Below are positions 28,090 to 36,090 of a stretch of DNA of 38,367 bases, one piece after another. Source of the DNA: Rubrobacter sp. (GTDB lineage: Bacteria > Actinomycetota > Rubrobacteria > Rubrobacterales > Rubrobacteraceae). The first letter of the stretch is position 1. Each line of letters starts with the position of its first letter. The translations under genes and the position numbers were made by a program. The stretch is taken from contig JADDPV010000073.1 of the NCBI GenBank assembly GCA_016781705.1, positions 1 through 38,367 of the forward strand. The letters run 5' to 3'. The notes below the pieces were generated by a model. That model did not search any database and was not told where the DNA came from. It saw only the letters and a program-made list of their open reading frames with translations.

Positions 28090-28857
28090 CTAGCGGTCGC
28101 GCTGGGCCAGCTTATCCCTGAGCGTCTTGGTCGCCGAGGCGATGACGCGGGAGACCTTGCGTTGGGGCAGGCTCAGCGTACGGCCGATCTCCGTCTGGGA
28201 GAGGTCCTTGTAGAAGAACAAGTAGACGACCTTTCGCTGAAGCTCCGTCAGAGACTCCACGGCCTGCTCCAGGAGGATTCGATCCTCGACCGGCAGCGAG
28301 AAGGTTTCGTACTGGAGGCTCTTTATCGCCGAGAGGTTCGGCTCGTCCTCGCCGTCGGAGCCGGGCTCGTCCAGCGACGAGACGTTCGTGTCGAAGAACA
28401 GTTTCATCACCTCGACGACGCCCTCCGGGGTGACGTTGACCTCTTGGGCGATCTCCTCGACCAGCGGCGGCCGGCCCAGCTCGCCCGTGAGCTTCGTCGT
28501 AGCCTCGGAGATCTTCGCGTACAGGCTCCTCGCCCACCTGGGCCTCTTGACGAGCGGCGTGTCCCGAAAGTGATGCCTGAGCTCGCCGTCTATCATCGCG
28601 TAGGCGTAGGAGCTGAAGCGGGCGGGGGAGTCGGTCTTGTAGTTGTTGACCGCCTTGATGAGCCCCACGTAGCCAACCTGCATCAGGTCCTCGTAGGGCT
28701 CGCCCGAATGGCTCGAGTAGCGGCGGACGATGTGGTTGAGGATCCCGCCGTGCATCGAGAAGATCCGCTCGACCACCCGCCGGTCGCCCTTCTCCCGGTA
28801 GGCCTCTATGAGCCGTGTGACCTGTTCGTTCTCTACCGGTTGCGCGATCGCCCCCAT
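28090..28857 (-). CDS. Group 3 (SigB/SigF/SigG-family) RNA polymerase sigma factor
   Basis: EDLMQVGYVGLIKAV, FSSYA...I.GELRHHFRD, LGRPP..EEIA, SSLD, LSQTEIG......VSR. Confidence 0.93.
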   Translation of the reverse strand: MGAIAQPVENEQVTRLIEAYREKGDRRVVERIFSMHGGILNHIVRRYSSHSGEPYEDLMQVGYVGLIKAVNNYKTDSPARFSSYAYAMIDGELRHHFRDTPLVKRPRWARSLYAKISEATTKLTGELGRPPLVEEIAQEVNVTPEGVVEVMKLFFDTNVSSLDEPGSDGEDEPNLSAIKSLQYETFSLPVEDRILLEQAVESLTELQRKVVYLFFYKDLSQTEIGRTLSLPQRKVSRVIASATKTLRDKLAQRDR

Positions 28858-28881
28858 GCGTCCCCGTACTTTCCTCGGATG

Positions 28882-30093
28882 CTACTCGATCAGCTCGAAG
28901 ATCTTGAACATCGGCAGGTACATCGCCACGATGATGCCGCCGACGATGCCGCCGACGACCACGATCATCAACGGCTCTATGATGGAGGTGAGGGCCTTGA
29001 CCGCCGCGTCCACCTCGGACTCGTAGAACTCCGCGATCTTGGTGAGCATCCCGTCTATGTCCCCCGTCTCCTCACCGACGGCGATCATGCGCGTCACCAT
29101 CGGGGGGAAGACCGGCTCTTCTTCGAGCGGCTGGTAGATCGGCAAGCCCGCCCGGATCGCGTCCCGGCTCTTGAGGAGGGCGTTCTCGATGACGTAGTTG
29201 CCCGCTGAGGTCGCCGTGATCTCCAGCGACTGCAGGATCGGCACGCCCGCGGCACTCAACGTCCCCAGGGTGCGGGCGAAGCGGGCGAGCGCGACCTTCT
29301 GGATGATGTCCCCGATCTTGGCCGGTATCTTGAGCATCAACGGATCCACCGCCTTGCGCCCATTCTCGGTCTTCCTCCACCTCAAGAACAGGAACACGCC
29401 GAGGCCCGCGGCGGCGTAGATGACCACGCCGAACACGCTCGTCAGGATGTCCGAGAGGCCCATCGCCACCCTCGTGGGGAGTGGCAGGTCTCCGCCGAGG
29501 TCCTCGAACATCTTGGCGAAGATCGGGACGATGAAGATGAGCATGAACGACGCCGCCAGGATGGCGAGGATGAGAACGACCGTAGGATAGGTCATTGCGC
29601 TCTTCACCTTGCGCCTCAGCTCCTGATCCTTCTCGAGCTGACCGGCGACGCGCAAGAGGACGTCGTCGAGGATGCCGCCGATCTCACCGGCCCTAACCAT
29701 CTCGGTGTAGAGTTTGCTGAAGACCTTCGGGTGCTTTTCGAGAGCTTCAGAGAGCGCGAGCCCCGCCTCGACATTCCTACGGACGTCATCTAGGGTCTCC
29801 TTGAGCTTCTTGTTGTCGGTCTGCTCGAAGAGGACGTAGAGCGCGCGGACTATCGGGAGGCCGGCGTTGATCATGGTCGCGAACTGCCGGGTGAAGATGA
29901 CGAGGTCGGCGAGCTTTACCTTCTTGAAGGGCTCGAGGATATCCCTTTGCCCGACGCCTTGCTCCTTGACGTCTATGACCAGGAGGCCCTGCTGCCTCAA
30001 GGACTGGGCCACGCTCATCAGGTCGTTGCCCTCGATCTTGTCCTCGACCACCTCGCCCTGACGACTCCGGGCCTTGTAAGTGAATACCGCCAA
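28882..30093 (-). CDS. pilC: Type IV pilus platform protein PilC (T2SS F family)
   Basis: FTRQFATMINAGLP, AGEIGG.LD, VKSAMTYP, GEETG, IIEP, MYLPMF; three hydrophobic segments. Confidence 0.95.
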   Translation of the reverse strand: MAVFTYKARSRQGEVVEDKIEGNDLMSVAQSLRQQGLLVIDVKEQGVGQRDILEPFKKVKLADLVIFTRQFATMINAGLPIVRALYVLFEQTDNKKLKETLDDVRRNVEAGLALSEALEKHPKVFSKLYTEMVRAGEIGGILDDVLLRVAGQLEKDQELRRKVKSAMTYPTVVLILAILAASFMLIFIVPIFAKMFEDLGGDLPLPTRVAMGLSDILTSVFGVVIYAAAGLGVFLFLRWRKTENGRKAVDPLMLKIPAKIGDIIQKVALARFARTLGTLSAAGVPILQSLEITATSAGNYVIENALLKSRDAIRAGLPIYQPLEEEPVFPPMVTRMIAVGEETGDIDGMLTKIAEFYESEVDAAVKALTSIIEPLMIVVVGGIVGGIIVAMYLPMFKIFELIE

Positions 30094-30111
30094 AAGGAGC
30101 CTCCCTCTACC

Positions 30112-31251
30112 CTACCTTCGGATCGACGCGTAGCCGCCGGCGCCACCGGACCTTGCCGCCATGCCGCCGCTCGGCATCCCCTGAGCACCGCCGCCTATCA
30201 GGCGGTTAAGCTCGTCGGGGTTGCTCGAACGCTTCCCGGCTTCTTCGCGCGAGATAGCGCCCTTGCGCACCAGCTCAACGAGCGCCGCGTCCATCGTCTG
30301 CATCCCGAACTTCGAGCCTGTCTGCATGGCCGAGTAAATCTGGTGATTCTTCCCCTCCCGGATGAGGTTCCGCACGCCCGGGGTGGGTGCCAGGATCTCG
30401 CACGCCACGACTCGCCCCTTGCCGTCGCGCCGCGGCAACAGGGTCTGGGTAATGATGCCTTGCAACGCGTTGGCGAGCTGCGTCCGGATCTGGGACTGCT
30501 GGTGCGACGGGAAGACGTCGATGATCCGGTCGACCGTTTGCGGGGCGTCCTGGGTGTGGAGTGTTCCGAAGACGAGGTGGCCGGTCTCCGCCGCGCTTAT
30601 GGCGAGGCTTATGGTCTCCAGGTCACGCATCTCGCCGACGAGTATCACGTCCGGGTCCTGCCTCAAGACGTGCTTGAGAGCCTGCGCGAAGCTCTTGGTG
30701 TCCTGGCTGACCTCGCGCTGGTTGACTATGCAGCTCTTGTGTGTGTGCAGGAACTCTATCGGATCCTCGACGCTCATGATGTGCTCGTGGCGGGTCTCGT
30801 TTATCTTGTCGATCATCGAGGCCAGCGTAGTGGACTTGCCGGAGCCCGTAGGCCCGGTGACGAGGACCAGCCCGCGCGGCTTGTCGGTCATGTCCTCTAT
30901 TGCTCTTGGCAGCCCGAGCTCCTGTAAGCTCTTGATCTCGTGCGGAATCGTCCGGAAAGCCGCGCCCATCGAGGCCTTCTGGAAGTACACGTTAACCCTG
31001 AAGCGGGCGGTACGGGGGAGGGTATAGGCGAAGTCAAGCTCCCACTCGCTCTCGAACCGCTGGCGCTGGTCGTTTGAGAGGATGTCGTAGATCATCTCTC
31101 GCGTCACGTTAGGCGTCAACGGCGGGTAATCGAGGGGCTGAACCTCACCATGAACACGGACCATTGGCGGCAAGCCCACGGTTATATGCAAGTCGCTCGC
31201 CCCCACCCGGATCGCGTCGAACAGGTAGTCGTTGAGCCCGGCCTGTATCAT
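30112..31251 (-). CDS. pilT: Type IV pilus retraction ATPase PilT
   Basis: ASDLH, GPTGSGKSTT, LRQDPDVILVGEMRD, AETGHLV.GTLH, GVRNLIRE (AIRNLIRE motif), GMQT. Confidence 0.96.
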   Translation of the reverse strand: MIQAGLNDYLFDAIRVGASDLHITVGLPPMVRVHGEVQPLDYPPLTPNVTREMIYDILSNDQRQRFESEWELDFAYTLPRTARFRVNVYFQKASMGAAFRTIPHEIKSLQELGLPRAIEDMTDKPRGLVLVTGPTGSGKSTTLASMIDKINETRHEHIMSVEDPIEFLHTHKSCIVNQREVSQDTKSFAQALKHVLRQDPDVILVGEMRDLETISLAISAAETGHLVFGTLHTQDAPQTVDRIIDVFPSHQQSQIRTQLANALQGIITQTLLPRRDGKGRVVACEILAPTPGVRNLIREGKNHQIYSAMQTGSKFGMQTMDAALVELVRKGAISREEAGKRSSNPDELNRLIGGGAQGMPSGGMAARSGGAGGYASIRR

Positions 31252-31295
31252 TCCTGCTTCCCTCCGGTCGTCTTATTTACCATATTCCGAAATGG

Positions 31296-31323
31296 TTATC
31301 GGCACAAGACGGCTAAAGCTTCA
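31296..31323 (-). promoter_or_regulatory. Candidate sigma28/WhiG-type promoter of pilT-pilC-sigma
   Basis: TGAA-N16-GCCGATAA on the minus strand; the -10 is an exact sigma28 consensus match. Confidence 0.65.
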
Positions 31324-31340
31324 GCGAAGCTTCGACCCCG

Positions 31341-34300
31341 CTACACTACGGTCCTCAAGACCTCCTCTACGGTCGTCACACCATCGGCCGCCTTGAGGAG
31401 CCCATCGCTTCTCAGGCGAACCATGCCCTCCTCCTCGGTGGCGCGCTGGATCTCGCCAGCCGAGGCGCGGCGTAGGATCATCTCCTTTATCTTCTCAGTG
31501 ACGCTCATGAGCTCGTAGATACCTATACGCCCCCGGTATCCGGAGCCGCCGCACCGGCCGCAGCCGACGGCCTTGTGGAAGTGGAGCCCGTCCTCGGGGG
31601 CGTGTTCGAAGGGAAACTGTATCCTAGCCAGAATCTCCTTATCGAGCTCCACCGGTTCCTTACACCTCTCGCAGAGCCTCCGAGCAAGCCTCTGGGCGAT
31701 TACGCAGTCTACCGCCGAGGAGGTGAGGAAGGGTTCTACGCCCATATCCGTAAGACGACCAAGGGCACCGGGGGCGTCGTTGGTGTGAAGAGTAGCGAGG
31801 ACCAGGTGGCCCGTGAGCGCGGCTTCCACGGCGATCTTGGCCGTCTCGAAGTCCCTTATCTCCCCGATCATCATGATGTCCGGGTCGGCGCGCAGGATGC
31901 TTCTCAGGGCCGAGGCGAAGGTTAGACCGGCCTTGGGGTTGGTCTGGATCTGGTTGATGCCTTGCATCCGGTACTCGACCGGGTCCTCCACGGTAATTAT
32001 GTTCTTCTCCGGGGAATTGAGCTCGTTCAATGTAGCGTAGAGCGTGGTGGACTTGCCGCTACCAGTGGGTCCCGTGACCAGGATCGTCCCGTACGGCCGG
32101 CGGAAGATCTTCTCGTACTGCTCGTATACCTTTGGGGGGAAACCAAGCTCGGTGAGGTCCACAGCAGCATTCGAGGTGTCGAGGAGCCTCAAGACGATCT
32201 TCTCGCCGTAGACCGTTGGCAAGCTCGCCACTCGCAGGTCTATCTTGTGGCCACCGAGCTTCACCGAGAAACGCCCGTCCTGGGGCAGCCGGCGCTCGGC
32301 GATGTCCAGGTTGCCTACGATCTTTAGGCGTGCGATCACGCCGCTCTGGAGCTTGGGCGGGATGGACATGGACTCGCGCAGCACGCCGTCCACCCGCATC
32401 CTGACCGCCACCTTGCGGGCCTGGGGCTCTATGTGGATGTCTGACGCCCCATCGCCGACCGCCTGCTGCAAGATAGAGCTCACCAACCGGATGATCGGAG
32501 CCTCGTCGGGGCTTGCACCTACTCCGAGCTCCAGCTCCCCGTGGTTCTCCTCGACGGACTCCCTGCCGGCCTCCTCGAGGAACTCCGAGACCTCCTCGGT
32601 CATCGCAAAGAGCTTGTTAAGGACGCGCTGGATCTCTTCTTCGACGGCGACGACGGGCGTCACCGGGTAGCCGGAGATCATCATGAGATCTTCGAGGGCG
32701 TGGATGTTGGTCGGATCGCTCATCGCCACCACGATACGCCCGTTCTCTAACCGCAGCGGCACGACCCCGTACTTGCGTAAGACCCTCTGCTCAATGAGCG
32801 AGCCCACCCCCTGGTCGACGTCGCGCTCCGAGACCTCTACGAAGTCGAGCCGGAGCCTCTTGGCGAGAGCTTGCGCCAGGTCCACCTTGGTTACATAGCC
32901 TAAGGAGAGAAGGATCTTCCCGACCTCACGCGGATCGTACTTCTGCATCGCGAGCGCCTGCTCGAGCTGCTGCTCGGTGATCTTGCCCTTCGAGACGAGG
33001 ATGTCACCAATCCTGCCGCTCCCGTTCGCAACCTTTTTGCTTCGCGACTCCTCGACGCTCGCTGGCAAGGCCTCAGACGCCCCACTGCCGCTGTCCTCCG
33101 GATCTCCGCCCGGGTCTTCGTCAGAGAGTGCATCTCCACTCGGCCCGGATTGAACCACCCCGGCGTTACCCTTTCCGTTCGCTCCCTCGTTCTCCCCTCC
33201 TATAGACTCATTCTCATCGGGTAAGGGTTCAGCCTGATACTCGGCTTGCGGCGCGGAGAGTTCGAAGCCGGCGAGTTCTGCCTCCGCAGGCCCCTCGTTC
33301 GGTACTTCAGGTGGCTCCTCGGAGCCCTCGGGGTACACGTCCTCTTCGGTGCCGAAGAGGTGGGCGAACGCGCCTTCGAGGTCCTCTTCAGTCACCACGA
33401 CTGGCGTTATAGGATGCTTGGTAATTACCCTCAGATCTTCGAGAGCGTAGATGTCATTCGGGTCACTCATGGCGACGACGAGTCGCCCCGACTCGATGCG
33501 CAAGGGCAGAGCCTTGTACTTGCGCATCGTCTCCTCGCCGATCAGGTCCTGCGCCATCGGGTCCACGTCATCCTTGGAGAGGTCGGAGATCACGACGTAG
33601 TCGAGCCTGAGCCGCTTGGCGAGGGCCTGCGCGAGGTCAGCAGGTACCACGAACCCCAGGGAGATTAGTATCTTACCCAGATCCCGGGGGTCGCTTCTCT
33701 GCACCGCGAGGGCCTGCTCGAGCTGCTCCCCGGTGATTTTGCCCTCCGAGACGAGGATATCCCCGATCCTGCCACCCCTGGCCCTACCCCTGCCGCGTCT
33801 CTCGCCGTCGTCGGCCTGGCGCCCCTCGTTCCTCCACTCGGCACCGGGCACCGGGACGGAAGCCAACCCCGTACTCCTCGCAGCAGCGTCCTCTGCTTCC
33901 GAGGCGAATTTTGGTTCGAACACCGGCGAGCCGAGGTCCACCTCCGGCTGCCCCCCGGGCTCGGTTCTCTGGGCCTTCCTACCGACCATTGCGTCCGCGA
34001 CGCTCCGTGTGGAGGTGCTGGGACCGAACAGCCGCTCTTGCACGCGCCGGATGGCATCCCCGGCGGCAACAACTGGAGTTATGGGATATCCGGCACTCAA
34101 CGCCAGGTTGCTACGCGCGTGGAGGTCGTGGGGGGCGCTCATCGCGACGATGAGGTGCCCGTCCTCTATCCGGAGGGGCACAGCCTTATGCTGGACGAGT
34201 ACGTCTTCGCCGATTATCCTTACAACTTCCGGGTCGACCTCCAAGTCGGAGAAGCTCACGTACTCGATGTTGAGGCCCGCCGAGAGCGCTTGGGCGAGAG

Positions 34301-34511
34301 CGTCGTGGGTAATGTAACCCAGCGAGATCAGGATATCGCCGAGATCCCTTTTGTCTGTCTTCTGGATCTCGAGCGCTTCTTCGAGCTGCCCTTCGATGAT
34401 CTTACGCTTGGCAAGGAGGATCTCACCTATCTTGCCACCACCGGGGTCACCCCCCTTGTCCCCTAGAGCCCAGATCGTAGTCTCGTTTCCGGGTGCAATC
34501 TCATTATTCAC
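31341..34511 (-). CDS. pilB: Type IV pilus assembly ATPase PilB with three N-terminal MshEN/GSPII domains
   Basis: ASDIHIEP, PQDG, GPTGSGKSTT, GEIRD, TGHLV..TLH, CERC/CGRC Zn site; three (R/K)IGxIL...QLE.AL..Q repeats; AAGGAG before GTG. Confidence 0.95.
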   Translation of the reverse strand: MNNEIAPGNETTIWALGDKGGDPGGGKIGEILLAKRKIIEGQLEEALEIQKTDKRDLGDILISLGYITHDALAQALSAGLNIEYVSFSDLEVDPEVVRIIGEDVLVQHKAVPLRIEDGHLIVAMSAPHDLHARSNLALSAGYPITPVVAAGDAIRRVQERLFGPSTSTRSVADAMVGRKAQRTEPGGQPEVDLGSPVFEPKFASEAEDAAARSTGLASVPVPGAEWRNEGRQADDGERRGRGRARGGRIGDILVSEGKITGEQLEQALAVQRSDPRDLGKILISLGFVVPADLAQALAKRLRLDYVVISDLSKDDVDPMAQDLIGEETMRKYKALPLRIESGRLVVAMSDPNDIYALEDLRVITKHPITPVVVTEEDLEGAFAHLFGTEEDVYPEGSEEPPEVPNEGPAEAELAGFELSAPQAEYQAEPLPDENESIGGENEGANGKGNAGVVQSGPSGDALSDEDPGGDPEDSGSGASEALPASVEESRSKKVANGSGRIGDILVSKGKITEQQLEQALAMQKYDPREVGKILLSLGYVTKVDLAQALAKRLRLDFVEVSERDVDQGVGSLIEQRVLRKYGVVPLRLENGRIVVAMSDPTNIHALEDLMMISGYPVTPVVAVEEEIQRVLNKLFAMTEEVSEFLEEAGRESVEENHGELELGVGASPDEAPIIRLVSSILQQAVGDGASDIHIEPQARKVAVRMRVDGVLRESMSIPPKLQSGVIARLKIVGNLDIAERRLPQDGRFSVKLGGHKIDLRVASLPTVYGEKIVLRLLDTSNAAVDLTELGFPPKVYEQYEKIFRRPYGTILVTGPTGSGKSTTLYATLNELNSPEKNIITVEDPVEYRMQGINQIQTNPKAGLTFASALRSILRADPDIMMIGEIRDFETAKIAVEAALTGHLVLATLHTNDAPGALGRLTDMGVEPFLTSSAVDCVIAQRLARRLCERCKEPVELDKEILARIQFPFEHAPEDGLHFHKAVGCGRCGGSGYRGRIGIYELMSVTEKIKEMILRRASAGEIQRATEEEGMVRLRSDGLLKAADGVTTVEEVLRTVV

Positions 34512-34561
34512 CGTTTCTCCTTACGCGAGCCCACGTACGAGGACCGGAGGGAACCGGCTCC

Positions 34562-34588
34562 CTATCGACATATCGGCTAGTATATTTA
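34562..34588 (-). promoter_or_regulatory. Candidate sigma28/WhiG-type promoter of pilB
   Basis: TAAA-N15-GTCGATAG, with a second -10-like GCCGATAT (34570-34577) inside the spacer. Confidence 0.6.
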
Positions 34589-34618
34589 GTGTATAGTAAA
34601 CGGAGGTTACGCGTATCA

Positions 34619-34658
34619 GCCACCTGGCACATTCCTCGTCGGCCAGGTGGCCATTTTT
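34619..34658. repeat. Perfect 10-bp inverted repeat followed by T5
   Basis: GCCACCTGGC (34619-34628) / GCCAGGTGGC (34642-34651), then CATTTTT. Confidence 0.7.
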
Positions 34659-34692
34659 GCCGATCTTGCACCCAGGATTCTTCTCGATTCGG

Positions 34693-34720
34693 CAAGGAGA
34701 AAATGTCTCCGGGCCGACAA
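34693..34720 (+). promoter_or_regulatory. Weaker sigma28/WhiG-like promoter candidate for the second PilT/PilU
   Basis: CAAG-N16-GCCGACAA. Confidence 0.4.
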
Positions 34721-34841
34721 AATACGCTACCCGGCCCGTGTGCGGCCCTATGGTCACTGGCATACTTTACCGACATGCACTTACAGCGCTACGCGTCAGG
34801 GGCGAGGCCATCTATCCTGCCCCGAGAAAGGTGAAAGGGAG

Positions 34842-35927
34842 ATGATAAGGAGCAATCACCTAGACGATTTAGTGAGCAGGTTGGTTGAGATGGGCGGCAG
34901 CGACCTACACCTGAAGGTGGGCGCTCACCCAGCGATCCGGACGCGGGGCCTGCTCACCTACCTAGAAGACCGCGATGCGCTGCGACCCGAGGACACAGAA
35001 CGGCTTCTAAAGGAGAGCCTCCCCGACAATCTGGTCGACGAGTTCGAGCGAGAGGGGGAGGCGGATTTCTCCTACGCCGTGCCGGATGTCGGGAGGTTTC
35101 GGGTGAACGCCTTCAAGCAGCGAGGGTCGGTCTCCATAGTTATGCGGTACATCCCGTTTGGGGTACCGAAGTTCGAGGATCTGAATTTACCAGAGGTGAT
35201 CGCGCGGCTAGCTCAAGAGGAGCGGGGGATCGTTCTGGTCACCGGCACCACCGGGAGCGGGAAGTCCACGACGCTGGCCTCGATGTTAGATCTGGTCAAC
35301 CACTCGATGTACAAGCACATCGTTACCATCGAGGACCCGATAGAGTTTCTACATCGGGACGACAAGAGCATCGTCAACCAGCGAGAGGTCGGGGCGGACA
35401 CCGTCTCCTTCGCGCGGGCGCTGCGGCGCGTACTGCGGCAGGACCCGGACATAATCCTCATTGGCGAGATCCGGGACTCAGAGAGCGCCCAGATAGCCCT
35501 CTCGGCGGCGGAGACCGGGCATCTGGTGCTCTCGACGCTTCACACGGTCGACGCCACCGAGACCGTCAACCGCATGATAGACCTCTTCCCGCCACACGAG
35601 CGCGGGCAGGTGCGGACCATGCTCGCCGGCACGCTCAAGGGCATCATCGGCCAGCGCCTCGTCCGCACGAAGGACGCCGGGCGTGCGGCGGCTTGCGAGG
35701 TCATGGTAACAACCGGGCGCATACAGGACTTCATTATGGACCCTGCTCAAACAGGCCAGATCCAGCAGGCAATTGCAGAGGGCGAGTACTACGGCATGCA
35801 GACCTTCGATCAAGCCCTGCTGAAGCTGGTCGAAGAGGACCGGGTAGAGTATCAGGAGGCCCTCAAGGCCTCGAGCCGCCCTCAAGACTTCAAGCTGATG
35901 ATCCAGTCGCTCGGTATGCCGCGCTGA
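34842..35927 (+). CDS. Second PilT/PilU-family retraction ATPase (361 aa)
   Basis: GSDLHL, GTTGSGKSTT, LRQDPDIILIGEIRD, AETGHLV.STLH, GMQTFDQ; the AIRNLIRE position reads RIQDFIMD; start re-placed at ATG 34842 behind AAAGGGAG. Confidence 0.93.
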   Translation: MIRSNHLDDLVSRLVEMGGSDLHLKVGAHPAIRTRGLLTYLEDRDALRPEDTERLLKESLPDNLVDEFEREGEADFSYAVPDVGRFRVNAFKQRGSVSIVMRYIPFGVPKFEDLNLPEVIARLAQEERGIVLVTGTTGSGKSTTLASMLDLVNHSMYKHIVTIEDPIEFLHRDDKSIVNQREVGADTVSFARALRRVLRQDPDIILIGEIRDSESAQIALSAAETGHLVLSTLHTVDATETVNRMIDLFPPHERGQVRTMLAGTLKGIIGQRLVRTKDAGRAAACEVMVTTGRIQDFIMDPAQTGQIQQAIAEGEYYGMQTFDQALLKLVEEDRVEYQEALKASSRPQDFKLMIQSLGMPR

Positions 35928-36090
35928 CAAGGAATCTCCCTTCCTAAGTAGCGAGCTTCTTCGTGAGCGTCAGCGAGTTCGCAGGACGTCGCCCCGGCAA
36001 ACGCACGCTTGGAACGAGGCTGCATCGTGCGTAGCGAGTCTTGCGCAGCTAGCGACGATCCACAACGCCGCTTGATCTGCTCCCCGTTAT

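Noticed and set aside
34680-34780. Possible c-di-GMP-I (GEMM) riboswitch (GGCAA...CUAUGG)
   Set aside because: Lacks the GGCAAA-stem-GAAA-stem-GACGCAAA core and the tetraloop receptor; an Rfam scan would settle it.
34647-34841. 65-aa N-terminal extension of the second PilT
   Set aside because: Non-homologous sequence across the promoter region; a good SD precedes ATG 34842.
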